Source: Bacteroidota bacterium
GTDB lineage: Bacteria > Bacteroidota > Ignavibacteria > UBA10030 > UBA8401
NCBI GenBank assembly: GCA_035506275.1
Contig: DATJPT010000014.1
Coordinates: 23,736 to 87,735 of the forward strand
Direction: 5' to 3'
DNA length: 64,000 bases
Shown: positions 18,901 through 28,406 of the stretch, in pieces
How the letters are laid out: each line of letters starts with the position of its first letter
Numbering within the stretch: the first letter of the stretch is position 1
The notes under the pieces: generated by a model
What the model was told of the DNA's origin: nothing
The model's input: only the letters and a program-made list of their open reading frames with translations
Database searches by the model: none
Position numbers and translations under genes: made by a program

Positions 18901-18945
18901 GTCATCGGCCAAACATTAAAACGAATAAAGAAGGGTGCAAAGTGA
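15913..18945 (+). CDS. FtsK/HerA/TraD-superfamily P-loop ATPase with unknown N-terminal domain, Pro-rich linker and C-terminal Hjc-like PD-(D/E)xK-fold domain
   Basis: Walker A IIGKTGTGKST, VAVLDPHGD, Walker B FFLYIDEFQNF, GSRKYGFGLVLAHQD; linker PQTETPQPQSTP...PRPTPPP; C-terminal GRVDVGLERDGKRIAVEISVT resembles the Hjc core (VDLVA...IEVK). Confidence 0.6.
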   Translation: MGDFYAEELTKQFYDWEVKGRGWLLWDSTIELEPPFQPFQFHASRRDDLFIDDGRKSTFLSNLADDLKKAFGNGPKMELPAEPAAEIMPTVDSDESELIEFAVTLPSNSELSHEYAEHFLLSLSSCSSPVSFEILGTEGAIIVQFSCRERDVRYVKQQIRSFFPDATVQEKKSFAAILAEGHTVIADCGLSDEFMRPLRTYKNFSPDTLTTIFGALENLGQGEVGLVQVLFKAAEAPWALSILRAVRNNDGSSFFIDAPEMVDLAEQKIDRPLFSVILRLVGQSLSSERAWDIVRDLYAGLHPFTDPASNELIPLTNDDYDDALHFYDVKNRTSHRSGMLLNSDELLGLVHLPSPSIHSSKLKRDSGKTKAVPSIARGHAFVLGENLNRDLKTKASLSVDQRLRHVHIIGKTGTGKSTLLLNMIKQDIEGGRGVAVLDPHGDLVEKIEEIVPERRLDDVILFDPSDAGYPVGFNILEARSDIEQTVLSSDLTELFRRFSTSWGDQMTTVLSNAIEAVLGSMEGGTLLELKRFLLENDFRRSILRAGADPAVIYFWEKEYPLLRGGSQISIITRLDAILRSKIVRNIVAQREGLDFRKIIETGKIFLAKLPQGIIGEENSYLLGSLIVSKLHQAVMGRQAMSVSERTPFFLYIDEFQNFATPSMISTLSGSRKYGFGLVLAHQDLHQIADAALENSVITNPSTRICFALGDNDAQKLASGFTHFDATDLMNLGVGEAIVRVERSDYDFNLKTYEVTPVAPETASTRREKIIAFTRERYGRKVSPVETQKPQTETPQPQSTPVEINRAPQPRVKPKEEDTPKPRPTPPPQRDSIPSGDLTARKDISQHRYFQTLVKKMAEQRGYKAVIEEPSGDGGRVDVGLERDGKRIAVEISVTTGDVQELHNIEKCLKAGYNPVVVCSTDKKNLEAIRKLMTEKLPPSDQSKVLFFEPEGLFLFLDKPGAVEVTSEQKFKGYRVKVHYQAVSESENRRRRETVAEVIGQTLKRIKKGAK

Positions 18946-19091
18946 GTATTTATCATTGCCATATTTTTTGAGGATTGAATTAAGACGGGTCGGTATCATG
19001 AGATTCTTGCGCCAGATTGAAATGTGCAGGGTGAGCGTGGTGAAAATGGCCACTTAGGAATTGTCTGGATATCAACACACCTAAGTGGCTA

Positions 19092-19355
19092 CTATCCTCC
19101 TTGTTTATCGTGATCTTCTCGTGAATAGACCTTGACGCCCTCGGGGTGCGGAACATCATTGGAACTATCCCAGCTATCAAATTCTAAAATAGTGCCATCA
19201 TCAAAAGTTATTTTGACAATGAATGCCCCCATGTGTTCAATTTCGAATCCTGAAACTTTCTTATTAATCAAACTCCTCAATCTTTTCTCCAGCAACTCTT
19301 GTTCTCTTAGAAGTTGTTCGTCTGGTGTTTCGCTTTTATTTCCAAATAATTCCAT
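19092..19355 (-). CDS. small hypothetical protein
   Basis: 87-aa ORF convergent with the ATPase gene; no recognisable motif. Confidence 0.3.
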   Translation of the reverse strand: MELFGNKSETPDEQLLREQELLEKRLRSLINKKVSGFEIEHMGAFIVKITFDDGTILEFDSWDSSNDVPHPEGVKVYSREDHDKQGG

Positions 19356-19482
19356 ACACTGTCATTTAACACCTCTGTATCCTTGAAGTCAATCCAGTCC
19401 AATGATCTCTGCGGCCAACAAGATCAATGTAAATTGGACTTGAGAGTTCTTCTTTTACTACTAGCGCTTTGGGGCATGCACC

Positions 19483-21276
19483 ATGAATGAAGACATTGAT
19501 GCGCGGGCAATTCTAGAATTGCCATTTGTAAAACGGTTGATTTGGGTTTTGCAATTGTTCACACTAATGGTAGGCGGCCTCTTAATCTACGTATCATCAA
19601 TTTTCGCCTCCACTCCTACCAAAGCCATACTTTTCTTTTTTGGGCTCTATATTTTCTTCCTTGGCCTACTCAGCATATTTAACAGATTTTCATATTTTTT
19701 TATCTCTGCAAAACACATAAAGGTTATAGCCGCTGCTCTTGCGGCATGGCCGACGATTGCATTCTTTCTCATACCACCCGGAACATTTCGTTGGCTGATA
19801 AGTGCAGGGATTGCATTTGCGTACGCAAGCCTCCTTCTTGTTTCTGGGATGATGTGGTTCTTTTTTGAACGCTTCTTCCCCGGCCAATACTATAAGAGCT
19901 ATCAATCAGGAGAATACAGTGGCTGGAGTGCCGTTGGCGTGGTTGTCCTTGAGCACGGAGCTCCTGGATTCTACGGTCTCAAAATTCTTCGCAAACTCCG
20001 GACGGCAATCATGATGCAAGCGATGAATACTCCATTCTTTTTTGTAAATGTAGATTCATTCGGGAGGCGTTCAACAGATTTAACGCTTGAGGCCATAAAT
20101 CGAACTCAGGCATTACTATTGATTGTTTCCGCCAAGGATCGGCCCTCAAACGAATTCAAATTGACGATACAGAATTATATGAGGATCTGCACCGGCCGAA
20201 TTTTTGTCATTCAGGTGGAATCAACTCTTAAGATATCTACAAGCATTTTCGAAGGTCGGGGGATACAGACTTTCAATTTTCTTCCTTCATCAGAGGAAGC
20301 GGATCGACAGAGGATTTCAAGCATTATTTCAGAATTGACCAATGGACTGACCTCAACGGCAATCCCAATTGGCAAATCGGATGATGAACTTCCATCTGAA
20401 CTTCTACTCCAAATTAGATTGCTTTCCACGGAAGGAATCCCATGCCTGGCTAACAACTACTTAAGATTCAGGCTTTCACAAAGCAATACAGAAAGGTTTC
20501 TGAATCTGCTAGATTGTATCGAGGTTATTCTTAAACTCTCGGTCATGTATCTTTCCGTAAGCCAATGGACAAGAGCTGCGGCCAATAATGCATATAGATA
20601 CGACCTTGACCAGCCCGGGTTGGGACGTTGGATAGACTTGGTCAAAACGCTCGTTCCCGCAAGCACCAATGACGATATCATTCAGTGCATTAAAAATTTT
20701 CTGAGGCAGTCCCCGCACGAGGTTGCCAAAAAAGTGATAGAGGATATTTCGGTTGAAGGTTTGAAATGGACCGGTTCGCAGCCGACGACTTATCTGGAAT
20801 GGCTGAAATGGTTCCGGTGGATTCGCAACATTACGCGCGGTCATGGCACGGTGGAAGAAGATCAAATTGCCGCCCACTGGCATGGATTTCACGCCATTTT
20901 TTTGGATATGGTTTTGAGACTTGACCCATTGCTCATCAAATGCTCATTCGTTCCATCAATGAAACCATTTGATGCGAATGTTATTAAGGGATGGCAACGT
21001 ACGTCAGACGTCACAGGTACCGCACATGAAGAAGATCACTCGTGGGAGCCGCTATCTCTTATCGTAAAGAAGGAAGACACGAATGTCAGTTATTCGGTTT
21101 ACCCCTTCGCGATATTGAAGGCTGGGGATGTCCTTTTCTGGAACGGAGCAAAAAAAGGAATTGTCGAATACATGAATTTTACCTCAGGCAAGCCTCACGC
21201 CTTTGATGATTTCCAGGGCACGAAACCTTACGATTTGTGGAAATCAAAAAATGCCCAGTACATCGAATTGAAATAA
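19483..21276 (+). CDS. membrane protein: N-terminal 4-5 TM helices plus ~450-aa cytoplasmic domain of unknown function
   Basis: hydrophobic helices between residues 17-130; no catalytic motif recognised. Confidence 0.45.
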   Translation: MNEDIDARAILELPFVKRLIWVLQLFTLMVGGLLIYVSSIFASTPTKAILFFFGLYIFFLGLLSIFNRFSYFFISAKHIKVIAAALAAWPTIAFFLIPPGTFRWLISAGIAFAYASLLLVSGMMWFFFERFFPGQYYKSYQSGEYSGWSAVGVVVLEHGAPGFYGLKILRKLRTAIMMQAMNTPFFFVNVDSFGRRSTDLTLEAINRTQALLLIVSAKDRPSNEFKLTIQNYMRICTGRIFVIQVESTLKISTSIFEGRGIQTFNFLPSSEEADRQRISSIISELTNGLTSTAIPIGKSDDELPSELLLQIRLLSTEGIPCLANNYLRFRLSQSNTERFLNLLDCIEVILKLSVMYLSVSQWTRAAANNAYRYDLDQPGLGRWIDLVKTLVPASTNDDIIQCIKNFLRQSPHEVAKKVIEDISVEGLKWTGSQPTTYLEWLKWFRWIRNITRGHGTVEEDQIAAHWHGFHAIFLDMVLRLDPLLIKCSFVPSMKPFDANVIKGWQRTSDVTGTAHEEDHSWEPLSLIVKKEDTNVSYSVYPFAILKAGDVLFWNGAKKGIVEYMNFTSGKPHAFDDFQGTKPYDLWKSKNAQYIELK

Positions 21277-21322
21277 ACACGCAATCGGCGAAGTGAAAGG
21301 AAAACGGGATAAATTGCCTGGA

Positions 21323-21760
21323 TCATCGTTCAGTCCTACCGTCGCCTGAAAGAATCTCCGTAAAGAATAGCTCCAGCCTTGTTTTGAGTTTTCCTGTCGG
21401 AAAACTTTCATCTCTTTCCCACCGCCCCAGCGTTCCCGGATCGACGTTCAATTCAAGGGCCAACGCCCGCTGGCTCATTCCACGGACGTGCCTGTACGTG
21501 ACGATCTTCTGCCCGGTCGTTTGTCCGTGGAAGAGCGGAGGGGTGTAGCCGAGGAATTGTGTTAGCCTAGGTATCAGGTGCACCATGGGATCTGTCCGGG
21601 CCCTCTCCCAATCATAAACCGAGGTTTCAGCGACTTTCCAGAATTTGAACTACTTCTCGTCGCAGAAGTCCCAGCTCAAGCTGCTGCTTATTGATATTAT
21701 CTCCCCAGGTTTTAGAATTTGTCGAAATTCCCGAGGTTTTCGAGAAACGAGGATGATATA
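21323..21760 (-). pseudogene. tandem-HTH (XRE-type) regulator, frameshifted copy
   Basis: C-terminal half (MVHLIPRLTQFLGYT...) intact; N-terminal HTH is homologous to the 41-kb copy but carries a 1-nt insertion creating an in-frame TAG. Confidence 0.55.
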
Positions 21761-22922
21761 GCAAAAAAGGCCACCCAAATCTGAATGGTAAGTCCACTCA
21801 TCCTGATGAACAATGCCTGCAATTTGCCCGACGGGATTACCAAGGGGTGGATTAATTCTGTTCTTGAGTGCACCATTTTTCACCTTCCAATAAGTTTGTT
21901 CGCATATTACCCTATCATCCTTGGTGAGCGCGATTGGAGGCGTTAACATAAACTGACTGAATTATGGTATCTCGGCTGCGTTCTCCCATGCGTACATCGT
22001 TGGTGCCCAGACTAAATGTCTTTCCAAGCGCTAATTTTTAGGAGGTGGACGCGAGCATGCGGGTTAAATTCTCAAAATCATACGGCCAGTTTGCTGTTGG
22101 ACCAGGCTTCAGTTATCTCAATAATCCATCCATTTTAGTGGAGATTTCTCCATTTCCATCGGCGAAGGGGATATATAATGTAGAGGAGAATTTACCAGGA
22201 TTCGAATATGGGTCGGTCCAAATCGACTATCATTTCACTATACAAGTCACGGAGGTGACGTATGGAAAGATTGGTATCGCCTCGAGTTAGTGTATTGATG
22301 CCGTTGTTGATCATTGCCTGCATGATTTCAGTTGTGCCGACAAATAGTAAAGATAAAGATTACGCTCATGGGGCAGACCACATCGTCACCGATTAGACTA
22401 CTTTGGTAAACATAGTTGATATTAAGAAAAATGAGAAAACAAATTGGCAACCCGTACTGAATTGGTTCTATGGGCCGATTGAAGACGAGCACCTACCTGA
22501 TCTCATCATTTTTATCAATAAGGTGGGTAATAAGGACACTGTTACGATGCAACTTCTCAAGGGGGAAAGGGCGTGGATCACCTTTGGGAGGAGCCATACA
22601 TTTATGTTCTTGTCTTGGCTACTCATGATTTGAATATTCATGATTCCACAATGGTCTATAAATCCTATTCAACCTTCACTCTTAAAGATACTCGATCCCA
22701 GAAGGACTCACTTATGACTCGTCAGCGTACCTTCCCGGTAGACCCTACAGATTCATCCGTGGCTTTCATCATGACAAGAAACGTGCTTAACTATCAGACA
22801 CCCCCAACGCGCTGGCCTTAAGCTCAATCCTGGGATTTGCCGCCTCACTAGTTGGTGGCACGCACCTTGGTAGTGAGGCAAATCAACCCAGCCCTGTATC
22901 GGATTCATCAATTAAGATCCGC

Positions 22923-23432
22923 TTGACTTATCTCGCATCGATTCCCCAAAAGGATTCGTTATTCTGTGCGACCGCAAAATTCAGCTTGGCTACAAATACA
23001 AAAGACCGGATCGAACTTGTGCCACCTTTTGGGAGGAAGCAGCCATTTGATTATATAAACTTCAATTTTGAGAATCCGGATAGGTCACGTTTAGGGGTAG
23101 GGTTTGCCGTGATGGATAATTTTTCCGATAATTCCAGTGCGAATATATTCTTGTTGGCACATTTGTATATTTTACGCCCCATGAAGCCTTACGACTCAAG
23201 GTGCCTTGGTTTAGTTGCAGGTACAAATCTCGGGAGCAAGATATTCGGCGACAACGCAGTGGTTGGGTTCAGGGCAAGCCTGGATTACCTCGATTGTTTA
23301 ACTTCTTTGGTGGGATGGTCTTGGCAACCATTTTTCGATTATGCCGGGTTGGTAGTTGCAGTTTCAACACGCAATATAGATAAACAGGCGATTGGTACCT
23401 TCCCCATGCTGGGTATAGATTACAATTTCTAA
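22923..23432 (+). CDS. outer-membrane beta-barrel-like fragment (possibly the 3' part of a decayed OMP gene)
   Basis: alternating amphipathic beta-strand pattern, C-terminal GIDYNF with terminal Phe; upstream 22.0-22.9 kb holds only short broken ORFs. Confidence 0.3.
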   Translation: MTYLASIPQKDSLFCATAKFSLATNTKDRIELVPPFGRKQPFDYINFNFENPDRSRLGVGFAVMDNFSDNSSANIFLLAHLYILRPMKPYDSRCLGLVAGTNLGSKIFGDNAVVGFRASLDYLDCLTSLVGWSWQPFFDYAGLVVAVSTRNIDKQAIGTFPMLGIDYNF

Positions 23433-23592
23433 GTGTGCCGCCGGCGCATATCTAATAATTAGATTGAACCCACATTGAGAAAAAGATAACGTCAATTTGA
23501 TTACAGGACCTGGAACTATCACAAGATAAATAATCTGGAGCACACTCATTAAATAATAGTCGGCTTGTTTTTTCGTTGAAAAAATACAAAAT

Positions 23593-24828
23593 GTGAATTG
23601 TTATCAGAAAGGAATACGGAAAATGTCCTCTGCAAAGAAGAAGGCGAGACTCGCCACGACAACATTATCGGCCAGAGTTACTCCTAAAATAATAAAAGGT
23701 CAAGCTAACTTTGGCTCAGATATTTTGCCTTTACATTTTCATGCGCCTTTGGATGAGAAGAAAATTCCTCCTCAACCATGGCAAAACCTCCCTCAGCCAA
23801 CTGGCCAGTCACCTTTTCGCTTATCGCTGGAATCTGTTTTGTCGCCTGACGAGATTCAAAGAATCAATGCAACAGGGAAATTGGTGTTTCATACGGTTGG
23901 TGATACTGGGGGAGTCAATGAAACCACCGATATTGAGAATGTAGCTTCTTATATGGAAAAAGATTTTTCTCCTAACAAGGGAGAATCAAGCCCGGCCTTT
24001 TTTTACCATCTTGGCGATGTTGTGTATTATGAGGGGCAAGCGATGAATTACTTCGCTCAGTTCTATGAACCTTATATGCGCTACCCGGCTCCCATATTTG
24101 CAATTCCGGGGAACCATGACGGTGATGTGGATCCAACAACAGGAGAAAAATCATTGGATGCCTTTGTGAATAATTTCTGCGCGCGTGCCCCCATCCATAC
24201 TCCTGAAGCAAAGGAGGCGCCGCGCGATGCGATGACTCAGCCTAATGTATATTGGACGCTCGAAACACCGTTAGCAACCATTATCGGTTTGTACAGCAAT
24301 TGCCCTGAAGGTGGCGAGCTTAAGCCAGATCAAATTGCATGGTTTGAATCAGAGTTGATCGCCGCTCCGAAGGATAAAGCACTCATTGTGGCGGTTCACC
24401 ATCCCATCTATTCCGCTTTCGGAGCCCATCCGGGAAGCCAGCATCTCAAGGATGTCTTTGAACAGGCTTGCGGGAAGGCAAATCGGATCCCGCATGCAGT
24501 GCTGTCCGGACACGTTCACAATTATCAACGTTTCAACGGTGAATTATGGGGGGAGGAAGTGCCTTTCTTTGTCATTGGCGCTGGAGGCTACAATCATCGG
24601 TTGCATGTACTATCAGAGAAAATTCATCGGACCAAGTTGCCAATTCAAATGCCAGGATCTGTTGGTACTTTAGAATGCTATTGCGACCAGAATCATGGTT
24701 ACATGGTTGTTGAGATCACAAAAAAACAAATGGCCTTCAAATATTATGCCGTCCCCGAAACGGGCGCCTCTCCGACCAAGGCATTGAAGCCGTACGACAC
24801 GATCACAATCGGCCTCAATTTGAAATAA
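23593..24828 (+). CDS. calcineurin-like metallophosphoesterase (purple acid phosphatase-like)
   Basis: GDxxY (HLGDVVYYEG), GNHD, VAVHHPIYS, SGHVHNYQRF; alternative start at 23623 (MSSAKKK) with SD. Confidence 0.7.
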   Translation: MNCYQKGIRKMSSAKKKARLATTTLSARVTPKIIKGQANFGSDILPLHFHAPLDEKKIPPQPWQNLPQPTGQSPFRLSLESVLSPDEIQRINATGKLVFHTVGDTGGVNETTDIENVASYMEKDFSPNKGESSPAFFYHLGDVVYYEGQAMNYFAQFYEPYMRYPAPIFAIPGNHDGDVDPTTGEKSLDAFVNNFCARAPIHTPEAKEAPRDAMTQPNVYWTLETPLATIIGLYSNCPEGGELKPDQIAWFESELIAAPKDKALIVAVHHPIYSAFGAHPGSQHLKDVFEQACGKANRIPHAVLSGHVHNYQRFNGELWGEEVPFFVIGAGGYNHRLHVLSEKIHRTKLPIQMPGSVGTLECYCDQNHGYMVVEITKKQMAFKYYAVPETGASPTKALKPYDTITIGLNLK

Positions 24829-25082
24829 ATAAATAGGTTGGAGTCAGAAAAAAAGTTGAATGCAAAACGCAAAGAGCATCCAATCAAATACGGAGGAACA
24901 GAGTTCCCGATCCTGATCAGGTAGAAGGTTACACAGAACGCACTCGTTAATTCATTCCTAGAAAAATGGCAACGGGTGGATTTCTGACATATTTCGACCT
25001 GACGAATGATTAAAGATCGGAATCTAAGGCGTGAGTTTGAGCGCGATTAAGTTACTATTCAACTAAGAACATTTTATCTCCA

Positions 25083-25574
25083 ATGCGTGACGAAACATCA
25101 ATTTTCAGTTCTCGGAGAAATCCGAAAATTGACGGTTATCAACCCGACCCGAACATGTTTGGGGTCCATTTAGAGCTCTGCTCACCAATAATAAGAATGG
25201 CTGTATTAAGGCTTATGACGGATTTTAGAAATAACATTAGGATAGAGAATCTTGCAAAGGATCTGAATGTTCATCCAAGTCATCTTGAACGGCAGTTCAA
25301 AAACCAGAACGATACTATCACGCTGAAACAGCTGCTCATTGGATTTCGTCTACACTACGCAACTTTTCTTATATGTTTCGAAAATCTAAAATTAAACGAA
25401 ATCGCGGAAAAAGCAGGATTTGCCAGTGCGAGAGACCTTTATCGGAGTTTTCGTCACCATCTTGGAATTACTGCAGCACATTACAAACAAAGTTGCAAAT
25501 TCGAACACTTCAAGTCGATTTATGATAAAGGAACACGAATGCGAGCTGCAAGGCGAAATGTAGAGAAAAAATAA
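25083..25574 (+). CDS. AraC-family transcriptional regulator
   Basis: C-terminal HTH_18-like LNEIAEKAGFASARDLYRSFRHHLGITAAHYKQ. Confidence 0.6.
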   Translation: MRDETSIFSSRRNPKIDGYQPDPNMFGVHLELCSPIIRMAVLRLMTDFRNNIRIENLAKDLNVHPSHLERQFKNQNDTITLKQLLIGFRLHYATFLICFENLKLNEIAEKAGFASARDLYRSFRHHLGITAAHYKQSCKFEHFKSIYDKGTRMRAARRNVEKK

Positions 25575-26075
25575 ATGGCGCAAGAAATTGGCATTGACAT
25601 GAGCCTTCTTTAATCGTAATTTCCTTTCAGTTGATATTGAGATGGAGGAATGGTGATATTTGTAAATGGTCTATGGAAAAAGCCATTTAGATCCTTCCGA
25701 AGCGGAAATCTAATCTACTTTCTTTTCAATAAACCGAAATTCCCCGCTTTTGTCCTTCTATTATTAAAGCCTCCATTGTTTGTTCTCTTTACTTCAGGAC
25801 TGTTGCCTCTCGGGATATTCGGAACTTAGGGAGATCCGAAAAAGCAAAAAGTAATTTATTAAGTGATATTCTTTCCCGTTCCAGTGAGAAAGAGTTGATT
25901 TGCGAGATCGTTGTTGACTTATCAGTAGCTTGAGATTTGGCAACGACTGAAAAGAATCTTCAAAATGACCCATCTCTGGAATCTGGTTAAAGATGTAAAC
26001 ATTTTCCTAATTGCGTTCAGAAAAACGATATTAACCCTCAGCCGCGTAGACAAAACAACTGACAGAGGATATGAG

Positions 26076-28184
26076 ATGAAAAAGTTTGGGGCAATATCAT
26101 ACACTTTATTAACAATCTTACTTTCTATTTCAGATGTTCAGGGCGAATGGAAGCAACTTCCAGTTGGTTCAACTCGTGGAGGCTTATGGACAGTTGCTAT
26201 GGCTGGCTCAAACGTTTTCTCTGGAACCTCTGGAGGGATTTTTAGATCCACTAACAATGGTGTCACATGGACGAACGTAAGCAACATATACACTCTGTGC
26301 TTCACGCTGAAGGGGTCTGAATGTTTTGCGGGTACGGAGGACAAAGGTGTCATCGTTTCCACAGACAACGGCGAAACGTGGGTTCAACGAGATCTTGGAT
26401 TCACGGCCTATATAGAGGCTTTGGCGACCATGGACTCGACTATCTTTGCCGGAGGAGAGGGGGGCATGTTCAGATCAACCGATGACGGCGCGAGCTGGAC
26501 CGCTATTGAAAATGGCATGTCAGCTTATCAGGCAATGGTTACTGGTCTTGCTGTAGATGGCACAAGACTGCTAGCTACTACCCATGATGGTCTTATGATA
26601 TCCACTGACGAGGGCGATAGTTGGGCCAATCTCGTCAGTAACGGCTTGCCGTCTGGATTGACAAACTGTATCCTCATACACAACTCCATCGCACTGGAGG
26701 GGACGCCAAGCGGCGTGGTAAGATCCACCGATGATGGAATATCCTGGAATTCTGATAATACTGGGTTGCCTAAAGTGTCAGGGTCCTACGTCCCAATTCT
26801 TTCGTTAGCAGCGAATCAAAATATGATATTTGCAGGAACAAGCTCTGGACTCTATATCTCTATGGACAGTGGCGCTACATGGAATTCTTCAAACGATGGC
26901 TTACCGGGAAATCAGATTTTCTCAATCGCAATAGAAGATACGACTCTTTTCGTAGCAACAATTAACAATGGAGTATTCCGTTCAATTGATAATGGTGCAA
27001 GCTGGACTTCCACGTCTTCAGGGATTGTTCTATCAGAAGTAAATTCGATTGCAGGCAATGGTTCTGACGTTTTCGCGGTGATGGATCACAATTCATTATA
27101 CTCCTCTACCGATAATGGCGCAACGTGGGCTGCAGATACGGCCCTACACGGCGGGATTATTAGTTCGTTAACAGTGCTTGGTCAAGATGTTTACGCGATG
27201 ACGAATAGTGGAATCTATGTATCATCGGACAAAGGCAAAACGTGGAATACGATTAATGGCGGAGTGATAGATACGACTCATCCATCGATGCTTGTCCAAA
27301 GCGCTTCAAATCTCGTGTCGGCAACTCAGGATAGCGGAGGAGTTTTTCTTTCATCAGACAATGGCACAACATGGAAAAATGTAGGCCAATACCTACCTGA
27401 GTTAGCCTCTTTGGCAACGTCAGGTTCAAATGTCGTCGCTGGGACACATGACGGCGTTTATCTTTCAACGGATAACGGCGAAACTTGGTCCAATGGGAAC
27501 GACACCTTAATAAACATCAACACGCTGGCATCAGCTGGTTCAATTGTCTTTGGTGGACGGTATTTTTGGCCATTTCCAATTGGCTTCTCGCCTCCGAGCC
27601 CCCCTGGAGGAGTCTTTCTTTCTACGGATGGAGGCCTAACGTGGTCGCCCTTTAGTTCCGGCATTCCTTTTAATCCACAAGTTTATGCAATCGCCGTACA
27701 TGGTAAGTATGTATTTGCTGGCGCCGAACCGGGACTTTATACCTCCACTATCAGCAATAACAATTGGGTCAACATGGGAGAGAATCTGCCAGACGGACCC
27801 GTCTTGTCATTATTCATCAATGACTCAAGCGTTTTTGTCGGAACAGAACTTAGCGGTATTTGGTGTGCCTCACTTTCTGCAGTAACAGGTGTCAATCAAC
27901 CTATTGCCTCTGTTATACCGGGGTCGTTTCAACTGGAACAAAATTATCCAAATCCATTTAACCCATCCACAACGATCAGCTATCAAATCTCAGAGGTCGC
28001 CAACGTGAAGTTGAGAGTTTATGACATCCTTGGCAGACAAGTTGCAACCCTAGTCGATGCCAAACAATATCCAGGAAATTACAAAGCAGTGTTTAACGCG
28101 GGAAACATTGCGAGTGGCGTTTACTTCTACAGGCTTGAGGTTAAGAACTATATGGCTGCCCGAAAGATGGCAGTAATAAAATAA
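26076..28184 (+). CDS. T9SS-secreted BNR/Asp-box (sortilin/Ycf48-like) repeat protein
   Basis: signal peptide MKKFGAISYTLLTILLSISDVQG with AGAGGA SD; >12 repeats STDNGxTW/STDDGASW; C-terminal T9SS sorting domain NYPNPFNPSTTISYQ...GVYFYRLEVKNY...K. Confidence 0.8.
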   Translation: MKKFGAISYTLLTILLSISDVQGEWKQLPVGSTRGGLWTVAMAGSNVFSGTSGGIFRSTNNGVTWTNVSNIYTLCFTLKGSECFAGTEDKGVIVSTDNGETWVQRDLGFTAYIEALATMDSTIFAGGEGGMFRSTDDGASWTAIENGMSAYQAMVTGLAVDGTRLLATTHDGLMISTDEGDSWANLVSNGLPSGLTNCILIHNSIALEGTPSGVVRSTDDGISWNSDNTGLPKVSGSYVPILSLAANQNMIFAGTSSGLYISMDSGATWNSSNDGLPGNQIFSIAIEDTTLFVATINNGVFRSIDNGASWTSTSSGIVLSEVNSIAGNGSDVFAVMDHNSLYSSTDNGATWAADTALHGGIISSLTVLGQDVYAMTNSGIYVSSDKGKTWNTINGGVIDTTHPSMLVQSASNLVSATQDSGGVFLSSDNGTTWKNVGQYLPELASLATSGSNVVAGTHDGVYLSTDNGETWSNGNDTLININTLASAGSIVFGGRYFWPFPIGFSPPSPPGGVFLSTDGGLTWSPFSSGIPFNPQVYAIAVHGKYVFAGAEPGLYTSTISNNNWVNMGENLPDGPVLSLFINDSSVFVGTELSGIWCASLSAVTGVNQPIASVIPGSFQLEQNYPNPFNPSTTISYQISEVANVKLRVYDILGRQVATLVDAKQYPGNYKAVFNAGNIASGVYFYRLEVKNYMAARKMAVIK

Positions 28185-28406
28185 TATGTTCCTTTAACCA
28201 ACAATTGGAAGAAAAGGAGAGGAATAAATGTTAGCGTTCAAATAACTATGGGCGGCGTAGTGGCGCCGCCCATAGCCTAGTATCGGCAAATAACTCGGCT
28301 AAACCCTGCTATCCCCGTTTTTAAGGGATGCGTATGCCATTTTATTTGCTATCAGTAATAGTAACGAATTAAAACTCAAAATTCAAGACATAAGGAGAAA
28401 ACTCAA

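Noticed and set aside
15913-18945. Interpretation of the large ATPase as a conjugative type IV coupling protein (TraG/TraD/VirD4)
   Set aside because: There are no N-terminal TM helices and no relaxase, T4SS or oriT-like context in the window. The extra N-terminal domain and the C-terminal nuclease-fold domain are atypical for coupling proteins. This interpretation is kept only as an alternative.
22857-22872. Possible sigma-54 promoter (TGGCACgcaccTTGG)
   Set aside because: The -12 element is TTGG rather than TTGC, and it sits in a decayed region with no downstream intact gene.
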